Of a stretch of DNA of 64,000 nucleotides, positions 1 to 9,137 are shown piece by piece. Position numbers and translations under genes: made by a program. This DNA comes from Candidatus Poribacteria bacterium (GTDB lineage Bacteria; Poribacteria; WGA-4E; WGA-3G). The notes below the pieces were generated by a model. The model searched no databases, had not been told where the DNA came from, and was given only the letters and a program-made list of their open reading frames with translations. Within the stretch, counting starts at the first letter, position 1. Each line of letters begins with the position of its first letter. The stretch lies in the NCBI GenBank assembly GCA_965197475.1, contig CBDANF010000002.1, positions 1,216,001 through 1,280,000 on the forward strand, read 5' to 3'.

Positions 1-324
1 TCCGATTAGATCAACTTTTGCTGGTGCTACGCCAACCTTTTCCAGTACCGTCAAAACACTTCTCGCGAATAGTTTTCCCAACACAAAATTCATTGTGCAG
101 ATTTCATCAACTCGCGCTGTCTCCACACTAAAAAGGTTAAAGATTCTCGAACGAATATCAGGTGAGTATGGAAGCGTTTCAAACGCTATCAGTGATATTT
201 CGGTAGTCAGTCCTGACCCCGTAATCTCAACAAGCGCGACATCCACGCCATCTGCAGATGTGCCGCTCATTAAGCCGATAATTAGTTTTTTCTCTTTTTG
301 TAGGAGATCGTAAAATGGTTTCAT
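1..324 (-). CDS. anmK: Anhydro-N-acetylmuramic acid kinase (N-terminal part; runs off window edge)
   Basis: Not in ORF track. Minus strand from ATG 324 reads MKPFYDLLQKEKKLIIGLMSGTSADGVDVALVEI..., containing the AnmK signature IGLMSGTSxDGVD. Confidence 0.9.
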   Translation of the reverse strand, partial: MKPFYDLLQKEKKLIIGLMSGTSADGVDVALVEITGSGLTTEISLIAFETLPYSPDIRSRIFNLFSVETARVDEICTMNFVLGKLFARSVLTVLEKVGVAPAKVDLIG

Positions 325-400
325 GGTTTTTGGTAATCGGTTGTTAGTTGTCGGTTAGTAAGGCATTGTCTATCACAAGTCTCTTTAACCGAATGGGTGG

Positions 401-424
401 ACGGCACGGCGGAGCGTGCCTACT
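401..424 (-). repeat. GTAG-type REP-like palindrome
   Basis: Reverse complement GTAGGCACGCTCCGCCGTGCCGT. Near-identical copies at 14809 and 19929. Confidence 0.75.
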
Positions 425-446
425 ACTATGCAACGAAAACGATTAA

Positions 447-1610
447 CTAATACAACAGATACGGTTTTCGTCGTTCTTGGAATCTCTCCGCGTGAGCAGA
501 CCATGCTTCAATAATTTCATTGCACGGTGTTCTCGCTAACAGTGCTTCACGGAGGGTTGAATTTCCTGCTAATCTATCAAAATGTGACTCTCTAAATTCA
601 AATTCATCAGAGTGTTCAGTAAGTAATGTTCCTAACATCCATACTGCAATTTCAACCGGTGTTACCTGCTCTTGATTAATAATATGTATTGCAACGCCGT
701 GACATACTTCATCACTATATTTGGAAAACTGCGGCGTAAACACAATTGGACGGAAAAGCACACCCGGAAACTGATGCTCGTTCAATCGAGTTGCGCATCT
801 CTGGCTATCTATCCATGGTGCACCAATATATTCAAAAGGCTTTGTAGTTCCTCTTCCTTCGCTTATATTTGTGCCTTCAAATAGACATGTTCCGGGATAG
901 AGTGTTGCAGTCGCAAGCGTTGGCATATTCGGCGAGGGCGGTGCCCACTGCAGACCTGTTTCGTTATACCACATCTCCCGATGCCACCCTTGCATCTGAG
1001 CAATCTTGAGCGGAAATCGAAATCCTTGTTCTGCATGAAAGAGTTTTGCAGTTTCACCAATCGTCATGCCGTAGCGGACAGGAATTGGATATGGTCCAAC
1101 CAGGGATGTGTAGTCAGATTCTAACATCGGTCCCTCTATGTGGATACCTCCGATAGGATTTGGACGATCCGCAACAATGCACGCAATACATTTACCCGAC
1201 TCCATCGTACATTCAAGTGCTTTCATTGCCTCCAGTAGCGTGCCAAGATAGGTATAATATCGCGCCCCCACATCTTGTATATCATAGATGATTACATCTA
1301 AGTTCTTTAGAATTTCTGCCCATGCAAGTGTTGTTCCATATAGGCTATAGACCTGTAGTTTTTGCGCTTCTGCTGTATTCTCTTGATTGTGATCATACTT
1401 TGAATCTGCTATTTTTACCCCATCCTGCGCTGCGCCCCACAACCCATGCTCCGGCGAAAAAAGCGCGACCAAATTGAGTTCCGTTAACAATTCAATAGTG
1501 TGTGTCAAGTTTTCATTTACACCGGTGTGGTTTGTAATCAAACCGATAGATTTGGCATCAATCCATTCCTGTTTTTCTGTCAGTAGGTGGGTTATACCGA
1601 GTTTTATCAT
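447..1610 (-). CDS. namZ: Exo-beta-N-acetylmuramidase NamZ family (DUF1343)
   Basis: Motifs GLITNHTG, LFSPEHG, YDIQDVGARYYTY, DRPNPIGG, PPSPNMPT, SEGRGTTKPFE. ATG 1610 overlaps the upstream stop (ATGA). Confidence 0.88.
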   Translation of the reverse strand: MIKLGITHLLTEKQEWIDAKSIGLITNHTGVNENLTHTIELLTELNLVALFSPEHGLWGAAQDGVKIADSKYDHNQENTAEAQKLQVYSLYGTTLAWAEILKNLDVIIYDIQDVGARYYTYLGTLLEAMKALECTMESGKCIACIVADRPNPIGGIHIEGPMLESDYTSLVGPYPIPVRYGMTIGETAKLFHAEQGFRFPLKIAQMQGWHREMWYNETGLQWAPPSPNMPTLATATLYPGTCLFEGTNISEGRGTTKPFEYIGAPWIDSQRCATRLNEHQFPGVLFRPIVFTPQFSKYSDEVCHGVAIHIINQEQVTPVEIAVWMLGTLLTEHSDEFEFRESHFDRLAGNSTLREALLARTPCNEIIEAWSAHAERFQERRKPYLLY

Positions 1611-2668
1611 CCGAAGACTATCCTGTGGAATTGATTTCGACATTCAATGATGCCTGTGCGTTGCGCGTCTGGATGAACCCGATTTGTCAACAGGATCGCA
1701 GCAATCCCCTTTTCAAGATCAATCCGTATTGAGGTGCCTGTGAAACCGGTGTGATACATTGACCCATCGGCAAGGATGTGCCAACCAATACTCCGTTGTT
1801 CGGGAGCATCAGGTGGTGTCTGTGGTGTGGCTAATGCCTTTATACTGTCAGAAGACAAAAACGTGCCACTATCTTGGAGTAGCATTTGACAAAAGGTGAT
1901 AATATCTCTCACATTAGAAAACAGCCCTGCATTGCCGGATACACCCCCCAGAAAATTGGCATTTTCATCGTGAACCTCTCCGATGATAACGCCTTCGCGC
2001 CAGTTGTGACCGCGGTAAAAGCGTCCGTGTTGACCTGAATTTACCATTCTGCGTTCGAAGCTATTTGAATCCTCTGTTGCTACGCAGTTATCGTGCAACG
2101 TTGGCGGTGGGTTATATAGGGTGCGGTTCATACCAAGCGGTTTGAAGATTGTGTTATGTGCTAAACTGTCTAACGATTCTCCCGTAATGGTGGAGATGAG
2201 TTTCCCCATGAGGATATATCCTAAACAACTGTAGGTTACCTTCTCTCCGGGGATTGATTCAAGAGCCATTCTACCCAAATGTTCTATCACATTTTCAGGT
2301 GAATCTGTTTCAATATAGAGTGGTTTCCAAGCAGGTAAGCCGGAGGTATGTGAGAGAAGATGGCGACACGTAATGCGCGGTTGTTTGAATGCGGGTAGGT
2401 ATGTCTGTGCAGGTGCATCTAACGACAACTTTCCAGAGGCAATCAACTGCATGGTAAGTGTTCCGATGACGATCGGTTTTGTCAAGGAGGCGAGGTCAAA
2501 CAACGTATCGTGAAGCATCGGTGCCTGCTTCGGTGTTATAATACGATCTCCGAACGCTGCGTGATAGATGACCGTGTCTTTTTGGAGGATGGCGACAACA
2601 GCACCGGGGAAAATCTTTTCGGTGATTCTTTTTTTAATGAGTGTTGAAATTGCTTTTGCGTTCATCAC
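1607..2668 (-). CDS. Serine hydrolase, beta-lactamase family (AmiE/YbbE-like peptidoglycan-recycling amidase)
   Basis: FDLASLTK (SxxK), LLSHTSGL, YSCLGY, VHDENA, GNAGLFS, HTGFTG. Lies upstream of namZ-anmK. Confidence 0.8.
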   Translation of the reverse strand: MMNAKAISTLIKKRITEKIFPGAVVAILQKDTVIYHAAFGDRIITPKQAPMLHDTLFDLASLTKPIVIGTLTMQLIASGKLSLDAPAQTYLPAFKQPRITCRHLLSHTSGLPAWKPLYIETDSPENVIEHLGRMALESIPGEKVTYSCLGYILMGKLISTITGESLDSLAHNTIFKPLGMNRTLYNPPPTLHDNCVATEDSNSFERRMVNSGQHGRFYRGHNWREGVIIGEVHDENANFLGGVSGNAGLFSNVRDIITFCQMLLQDSGTFLSSDSIKALATPQTPPDAPEQRSIGWHILADGSMYHTGFTGTSIRIDLEKGIAAILLTNRVHPDAQRTGIIECRNQFHRIVFG

Positions 2669-2731
2669 TCATCAGTTTATCGTATTATCAGAAAGGTGTC
2701 AATAGGTTTGTTTATGCCTATATTACTTCTT

Positions 2732-3717
2732 GGCTCATGTAAAAAGTAAGTGCTATTTTTTCAAAGTTATGTTAGCGTGTTACCTATGGACTTTCCAATA
2801 CAATCTCTCATGGATGAAGAAAAAACTCAAGCGTGGGTGTTGGATCATTTCCACCTTCAAGGGCTGTGTTGCCCAAAATGCCAAGCGAGCGTGGCGGAGG
2901 CACGCAAGTTCCGTCCGACTGAAACAAGTGGTCTACAAGTGTATCGCTGCAAACACTGTGAGAGCATCTACAACCTCTATACCGGGACGGTCTTTGCTGG
3001 CACGCAGTTTCGTCCCTCACAGGTCGTTCTGCTTTTGCGCGGTGTCTGTCAAGGTGTTTCAAGTGCACAACTCGGGTGTGAACTGGGTCTAAGTCGTCAA
3101 ACCGTTCTTTCTATAAGACGTAAACTCCAAACTTCGGCAGAGCAGATACAACCCGAAGCTGCTTTACCTGATGCTGAAGTCGAAACAGATGAGATGTTTC
3201 AAAACGCCGGTGAAAAAGGCGATAAGCACGTTGATGCTTCGGATCCGCCGCGTCGGCGTGGCAATAAACGCAGGGGACATGGGACTTATGACAATGATCG
3301 TCCGCCTATTGTTGGGACGAAAGGTCGCGAAAGCGGTCTCCTGAGATTACGTGTTGTGCGGCACACCGATTCTGCGACGCTTTCAACACACGTTCATCAG
3401 TGGACGTTGCCGACTTCAACGGTGTATACGGATGGTTGGCGTGGCTATAACCGTATTCAGCGCGCCCGTGAGATTGTTCTCCATAAGGATGGCGAGTGGG
3501 CAAGAGACGCAGACGGTGATGGTCTTTACGAGATCCATACAAGGACGATTGAAGGTGCCTGGACGACGCTGCGAAACTTCCTTCGTCCCTTTCGTGGCGT
3601 TCATAAAAAGTTCCTCGCCGGTTACGTCGCAATCTGTGAGTTCGTCATGAATCTAAAAGCTGTCAGTGTTGATTTTATAGCAAAACTCGTCAAAAGCACT
3701 TACTCTTGACATGAGCG
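2732..3717 (+). mobile_element. IS1595-family insertion sequence
   Basis: Imperfect 23-bp terminal inverted repeats GGCTCATGTAAAAAGTAAGTGCT / AGCACTTACTCTTGACATGAGCG flank the transposase. No clear TSD. Confidence 0.85.
2786..3709 (+). CDS. IS1595-family transposase
   Basis: Zn ribbon CPKC...CKHC, HTH, catalytic ETDE / YTDGW / IEGAW. Likely start MDFPIQSL. Confidence 0.88.
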   Translation: MDFPIQSLMDEEKTQAWVLDHFHLQGLCCPKCQASVAEARKFRPTETSGLQVYRCKHCESIYNLYTGTVFAGTQFRPSQVVLLLRGVCQGVSSAQLGCELGLSRQTVLSIRRKLQTSAEQIQPEAALPDAEVETDEMFQNAGEKGDKHVDASDPPRRRGNKRRGHGTYDNDRPPIVGTKGRESGLLRLRVVRHTDSATLSTHVHQWTLPTSTVYTDGWRGYNRIQRAREIVLHKDGEWARDADGDGLYEIHTRTIEGAWTTLRNFLRPFRGVHKKFLAGYVAICEFVMNLKAVSVDFIAKLVKSTYS

Positions 3718-3938
3718 CGATTTTTTAGTGGCTGAAACAGAAAAAATAAAACCTTCGGTTTAAAATATGCGCCCCTCCGTTGCCTCAAACTGAACACAGC
3801 AAAAAAGACTGAATTGTTCATGTTATGTTTATTAGCCTCCCAAATCACGTTATTTACGTAACAACGCAGAAAACTTAAATAACTTGCTTTTATTTTTCAA
3901 TCGTGGTATTCTATAAAATATAGAAGGAAAAATTGCCT

Positions 3939-4763
3939 ATGTCACACCCAGAACTAACATTAACTGAAAACCGACCTTTCCAAACCCAGCGAAAAGATAC
4001 CTGGTGGGTACAACCGTTGGCTGTATTCATTGGGTTAGGAGCATTCATAGTTTACGCAACCTTCCGGGTTTTTGAAGGGAACCATTTCATCCACGGTCCC
4101 TATTTAACTCCCTTCTATTCACCGCTCCTTTTTGGCACTAACGAAGTTGCACATAGCGTTGACCACAGTTGGTTTGGCTTAATGCCTTCTTGGATTCCAG
4201 GTTTCATTACGCCTGCTGTTCTTATTTTATGGGCACCACTCGGATTTCGTTTTACATGTTATTATTACCGTGGCGCGTACTACAAAGCGTTTTGGGCAGA
4301 TCCACCCTCTTGTACAGTATCAGAACCGCGCAAAGGGTATCGAGGCGAACACTCATTCCCATTGATAATACAAAACATCCACCGATATTTTCTTTATGTA
4401 GCAATCATAATATTAGGTGTCCTTGCTTATGATGTATGGAAAGCACTCTGGTTTGATACTGATGTTGGAAACGGTGTAATAGAAAAAAAAATTGGTATCG
4501 GAATCGGCACAATTGTTTTAGCAGGTAATGTTATCTTTTTAGGTGGTTATACGCTTGGATGTCACTCATTACGGCACTTGGTTGGTGGCGTAGTAGATTT
4601 ACTGTCAAAGGCACCAGTGCGCCGTAACATGTATAACTGTATCAGTTGTTTAAACGAACGACATATGCTCTGGGCATGGATGAGTCTCTCTTGGGTCGGT
4701 TTGTCTGATCTCTATGTCCGGACGGTTGCTGTCACCGGTTGGCAAGACTGGATTATATTTTAA
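3939..4763 (+). CDS. Succinate dehydrogenase membrane anchor subunit (mycobacterial Sdh1 Rv0249c-like)
   Basis: Multi-TM protein with YLTPFYSP, FRFTCYYYRGAYYKAFW, NIHRYF, GCHSLRH. First gene of the sdhA-sdhB operon. Confidence 0.8.
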   Translation: MSHPELTLTENRPFQTQRKDTWWVQPLAVFIGLGAFIVYATFRVFEGNHFIHGPYLTPFYSPLLFGTNEVAHSVDHSWFGLMPSWIPGFITPAVLILWAPLGFRFTCYYYRGAYYKAFWADPPSCTVSEPRKGYRGEHSFPLIIQNIHRYFLYVAIIILGVLAYDVWKALWFDTDVGNGVIEKKIGIGIGTIVLAGNVIFLGGYTLGCHSLRHLVGGVVDLLSKAPVRRNMYNCISCLNERHMLWAWMSLSWVGLSDLYVRTVAVTGWQDWIIF

Positions 4764-4846
4764 ATACCACAACGCTTTTACTGCTATCCTAAAGAAACCT
4801 ATAGACAATATAAATAACGTTTTGGGAAAAGTGAGGAAATTATAGT

Positions 4847-6664
4847 TTGGCATCTTTTGAAACTATTGAGTATGACGTATTAATAATCGGTGCTGGAGGC
4901 GCAGGACTACGTGCTGCGATTGAGGCAGCTACAAGTGACCTAAAAGTCGGGTTGGTTTGCAAATCTCTGCTCGGAAAAGCGCATACTGTGATGGCGGAAG
5001 GTGGCGTTGCCGCTGCGCTGGCAAATGTGGATGAAAGAGACAGTTGGCGGGTTCACTTTGCCGACACAATGCGCGGCGGGCAATACCTCTCTAACGCTCG
5101 AATGGCAGAATTTCATGCAAGGGAATCGCCTGACCGAGTCCGTGAACTTGAAGCCTGGGGTGCTCTCTTTGATCGTACAAAAGAAGGTAGTATCCTACAA
5201 CGAAACTTTGGAGGACATCAGTATCCGCGGCTTGCTCACGTCGGTGACAGAACTGGTTTAGAGATGATACGTGCCTTGCAGGACCACGGTATTCATCAAG
5301 GCGTTGATGTGCACATGGAGAATACCATCGTTTCTCTGCTCAAAACAGGTGATAGGGTATCAGGTGCCTTCGGTTACGAACGTGAAAAAGGACGATTCAA
5401 AATCTTTTCTGCAAAAGCCGTTGTCTTGGCAACAGGTGGAGTTGGAAAGGCATACAAAATCACAAGCAACAGTTGGGAATATACTGGCGACGGTCATTCT
5501 CTTGCATATCATGCAGGTGCTGAACTGATTGATATGGAATTTGTCCAGTTTCACCCTACAGGTATGGTCTGGCCACCCAGTGTCAGAGGCATCTTAGTCA
5601 CTGAAGGTGTGCGAGGGGAAGGTGGCATCCTGAAAAATAGTGAAGGCAACCGCTTCATGTTTGACGATATTTCTGAACTCTATGTGAATCAGACAGCAGA
5701 CAATCCTGAAGAAGGTTGGCGTTATACACAAGGTGATCGCGAAGCACGTAGACCGCCAGAATTGTTGACCCGTGACCATGTTGCACGCTGCATCGTCCGA
5801 GAAGTTCATGAAGGTAGAGGTAGTCCACACGGCGGTGTGTTCTTAGATATTGCTTGGATTAAGGAGAAAATTCCCAACGCAACCGAACATATTCGTAGAA
5901 AACTGCCGAGTATGTATCACCAATTCAAGGAACTTGCAGACATTGACATCACCGCAGAACCGATGGAGGTGGGTCCGACTACGCACTATATTATGGGTGG
6001 AATTCGTGTTGATGCCGATTCCCAAATGACTTGTGTTCCCGGTCTCTTTGCTGCAGGTGAGTGCGCAGCAGGTCTACACGGAGCAAACCGTCTCGGTGGT
6101 AATTCTTTGTCCGATTTACTTGTCTTTGGTAAACGTGCAGGCGAATACGCTGCACAATTTGCCATTGAAAACGGAGATGTCGTGCTTGAAGAAAGTGCAA
6201 TAGACTCAATTGCTCAGTATGTTCTCAAACCTTTTGATAACCCAGAAGAAGGTGATAACCCTTATCAGATTCAGGCACAACTACAAGAGAAGATGCAGGA
6301 ATTAGTGGGCATTGCACGTAGCCAAGAAAGCCTTGCACAAGCTTTGGAAGAAATTCAGAGTCTACGCGAAAAAGCGGAAAACTCACATGCTATCGGTAAT
6401 CGTGAATATAATGCGGGGTGGCATACTGCACTTGACCTTGACTGTCTGCTCACAGTTTCAGAGGCAATTGCGCTTGCGGCACTTGAACGTAGAGCAAGTA
6501 TCGGCGCGCATTCACGTGATGATTACCCAGAAAAAGAAGAACCAGGGTCTGGCAAATATAACACTATTGTCCAAAAAGCTGGCGATGACGCAATGGCTAT
6601 TCGGCGTGAACCTGTTCCTGAATTGCCGGAAGAACTTCAGCAAATTATAGAAGAAATGGGATAA
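4847..6664 (+). CDS. sdhA: Succinate dehydrogenase/fumarate reductase flavoprotein subunit
   Basis: GAGGAGLRAA, KAHTVMAEGG (FAD-His), QFHPTG, TEGVRGEGG, HYIMGG, HGANRLGGNSL. TTG start behind GAGG. Confidence 0.93.
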   Translation: MASFETIEYDVLIIGAGGAGLRAAIEAATSDLKVGLVCKSLLGKAHTVMAEGGVAAALANVDERDSWRVHFADTMRGGQYLSNARMAEFHARESPDRVRELEAWGALFDRTKEGSILQRNFGGHQYPRLAHVGDRTGLEMIRALQDHGIHQGVDVHMENTIVSLLKTGDRVSGAFGYEREKGRFKIFSAKAVVLATGGVGKAYKITSNSWEYTGDGHSLAYHAGAELIDMEFVQFHPTGMVWPPSVRGILVTEGVRGEGGILKNSEGNRFMFDDISELYVNQTADNPEEGWRYTQGDREARRPPELLTRDHVARCIVREVHEGRGSPHGGVFLDIAWIKEKIPNATEHIRRKLPSMYHQFKELADIDITAEPMEVGPTTHYIMGGIRVDADSQMTCVPGLFAAGECAAGLHGANRLGGNSLSDLLVFGKRAGEYAAQFAIENGDVVLEESAIDSIAQYVLKPFDNPEEGDNPYQIQAQLQEKMQELVGIARSQESLAQALEEIQSLREKAENSHAIGNREYNAGWHTALDLDCLLTVSEAIALAALERRASIGAHSRDDYPEKEEPGSGKYNTIVQKAGDDAMAIRREPVPELPEELQQIIEEMG

Positions 6665-6690
6665 GCACAACACACCGGAAGGAATTGAAT

Positions 6691-7431
6691 ATGGCTAAAG
6701 CAACTTTTAGAATCTGGCGCGGGGATGCAAACGATGCACAATATGTTGATTACGAAACCGAGGTCTCTGAAGGCATGGTGGTTTTAGATGCTGTCCACCG
6801 TATTCAAGCAGACCAAGCAAATGACCTCGCTGTTCGGTGGAACTGCAAGGCTGGCAAATGCGGATCCTGCTCTGCAGAAGTGAACGGTAATCCTAAATTG
6901 ATGTGCATGACACGCCTCAACGATTTACCGCTTGACGAACCTGTTACCGTTGAACCGATGCGGGCATTTCCCCTTATCAAAGACCTTGTTACAGATGTGT
7001 CGTGGAACTACAGGGTAAAAGAAAAAATGAAACCTTTCACGCCACGACCCCCTGATTCAGAAGATGGAACATGGCGCATGGAGCAAGAGGACATTGACCA
7101 TATCCAAGAGTTCCGAAAGTGTATTGAATGCTTCCTCTGCCAAGATGTTTGCCACGTCTTACGTGAGCATAATCTTCATGATGAGTTCATCGGACCCAGG
7201 TTCTTTGTATACGCAGCATCTTTGGAAATGCATCCCATAGATACCGAAAATCGGTTGGAAGAATTGAAGGATTCTGACGGTATCGGGTATTGTAACATCA
7301 CCAAATGCTGCACGAAAGTTTGTCCTGAGCATATCACGATTACAGATAATGCAATTATCCCGCTGAAAGAACGAGTTGTTGATCAGTTTTATGATCCGAT
7401 CAAGAAACTCTTCCGCGTTTTTAGCGGTTAA
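6691..7431 (+). CDS. sdhB: Succinate dehydrogenase/fumarate reductase Fe-S subunit
   Basis: CKAGKCGSC, CIECFLCQDVC and CNITKCCTKVCP cluster motifs. Confidence 0.93.
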   Translation: MAKATFRIWRGDANDAQYVDYETEVSEGMVVLDAVHRIQADQANDLAVRWNCKAGKCGSCSAEVNGNPKLMCMTRLNDLPLDEPVTVEPMRAFPLIKDLVTDVSWNYRVKEKMKPFTPRPPDSEDGTWRMEQEDIDHIQEFRKCIECFLCQDVCHVLREHNLHDEFIGPRFFVYAASLEMHPIDTENRLEELKDSDGIGYCNITKCCTKVCPEHITITDNAIIPLKERVVDQFYDPIKKLFRVFSG

Positions 7432-7617
7432 GTATGTCATTTTGGATTTATCTAATAGATTAACCACAAAATCAATTGACGTTCTTCAAATTTTGTGTTA
7501 GACTGTACTTGCCATTGACAAAACCACCATAATTGTGCCATGAGCATCCTTGATGAAATCTACACCAAAATCGTAAATTGGCAATTTGAACTTTTGCTAC
7601 ACGTCAGTACAAGGAAA

Positions 7618-7848
7618 ATGTCTAACAAAGCAGGCTGGGATGAAATCCTAATTGATCAGAAGGTTACGTACACGCTTGAAATGTATGGGAAGTTGTTCTT
7701 AATTAAAAATGTACCTGCCCGTATCAACGTTGAAACAGGAGAACAATTCTTTTCTCCGAAAACTGTTGACCGTTTTCAACAAATTGTGTGGAACCAGCAG
7801 CAACCCGTTAGAACTGTTACACTGCCTGTATATGAGTATACAAATTAA
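7618..7848 (+). CDS. YgiT-type (MqsA-like) antitoxin-family protein
   Basis: VTYTLE...LIKNVPARINVETGEQFFSP...VYEY, with AAGGA RBS before ATG 7618. ORF extends upstream in frame to 7540. Confidence 0.65.
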   Translation: MSNKAGWDEILIDQKVTYTLEMYGKLFLIKNVPARINVETGEQFFSPKTVDRFQQIVWNQQQPVRTVTLPVYEYTN

Positions 7849-7895
7849 CATAACGATACTTATAATTTCTTTTGAGTTACTCGGAGACTTTAATA

Positions 7896-9029
7896 ATGGC
7901 AAGCAAGAATGATATTTTAAGAGTCGGTGTGATTGGACCTGGCGGTGCAGGACGAGGCAACACACTCGGATTTGCAACACGCCCAGATGCGCAAGTAGTC
8001 GCTGCTGCAGACACCCATGAATCCAGTTTAGATGCGTTAGAAAATGCGCTTCAACAGCGGGTTGAAGATTATAAACCCAATAGTTTTACACGTTATCTCG
8101 GTGAACATGAATATGTGGAGATGCTTAATCATGAAGATTTGGATATTGTCGGGGTCTTCTCACCACATTCTTTGCATGATATTCATGTGAAATACGCGCT
8201 CCGCGCGGGTTGCCATGTCATCGTTGAAAAACCGATGGCAAATATTGTCGGTGATGCGATCACAATAACAAAAATCGCAATCAGCAGTGGCTTACACCTC
8301 GTCGGTGGTTATCAACGTCACTACGAAGATACCTATATTACTGGTAGACGTGCAATTGCAGAAGGACTCATCGGTAACTTGAAAAAGTTTGAAGTATATA
8401 TGGCACAGCGATGGGGTGCTGGTGGATGGCGTGGTGATCCTCGCTTCTCTGGCGGTGGGCAACCTAACGACTCAGGAAGCCATCTACAAGATATTTTCCT
8501 TTGGATGACAAATGCTTTACCGTCTGAAGTTTACGGAACAACAGATATGAAATTTGAAGACAATGATGGAAATCTTGTACCGAAATTCGTTGAGATTAAT
8601 TCCTACTCTGATGTCAAACTCGGTAACGGTGCAGAAGGAACAATCACTATTCTCGGCAATACTCGCGTAGGGTTTGAAGAGTGGGTCATTCTTGAAGGGG
8701 ACGAAGGCACGATTGAAATCAAAAATGGTATCCGCTATACGCCCAAGGGCGGCGACGCGCAGCCGCTTTCATATCCACGTCCTGAAGGATATCCACGCAG
8801 CAAGGTTGACCAACTTGTCGGCCTTGTGAAAGGTGAGTACGACACAAATTACACATCCGGTGTCAACGGTATTAGAACCAGTTGGCTAACGAACTCCATT
8901 CTTGAAGCAGGCAAAGGTCCTGATGAAAAAAATCAGGTGGATTGCGACAAACTTATTGAAAAAGAGGGTTATACCCGCCAGAATATTTTAGACCTAATTG
9001 ACCAATGCACATCAAAACAGATGTATTAG
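7896..9029 (+). CDS. Gfo/Idh/MocA family oxidoreductase
   Basis: RVGVIGPGGAG Rossmann motif, HVIVEKPM, GGG...DSGSH. Confidence 0.88.
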   Translation: MASKNDILRVGVIGPGGAGRGNTLGFATRPDAQVVAAADTHESSLDALENALQQRVEDYKPNSFTRYLGEHEYVEMLNHEDLDIVGVFSPHSLHDIHVKYALRAGCHVIVEKPMANIVGDAITITKIAISSGLHLVGGYQRHYEDTYITGRRAIAEGLIGNLKKFEVYMAQRWGAGGWRGDPRFSGGGQPNDSGSHLQDIFLWMTNALPSEVYGTTDMKFEDNDGNLVPKFVEINSYSDVKLGNGAEGTITILGNTRVGFEEWVILEGDEGTIEIKNGIRYTPKGGDAQPLSYPRPEGYPRSKVDQLVGLVKGEYDTNYTSGVNGIRTSWLTNSILEAGKGPDEKNQVDCDKLIEKEGYTRQNILDLIDQCTSKQMY

Positions 9030-9137
9030 ACCAGAAATATCTCAAGATATGATAGCCCCTGCTTGTCCAGCAAATCAATCATGTGTGAGATAGATATAAA
9101 ACGTTCCTATTAATTCCTACTTTATAAGGAGAAAATC

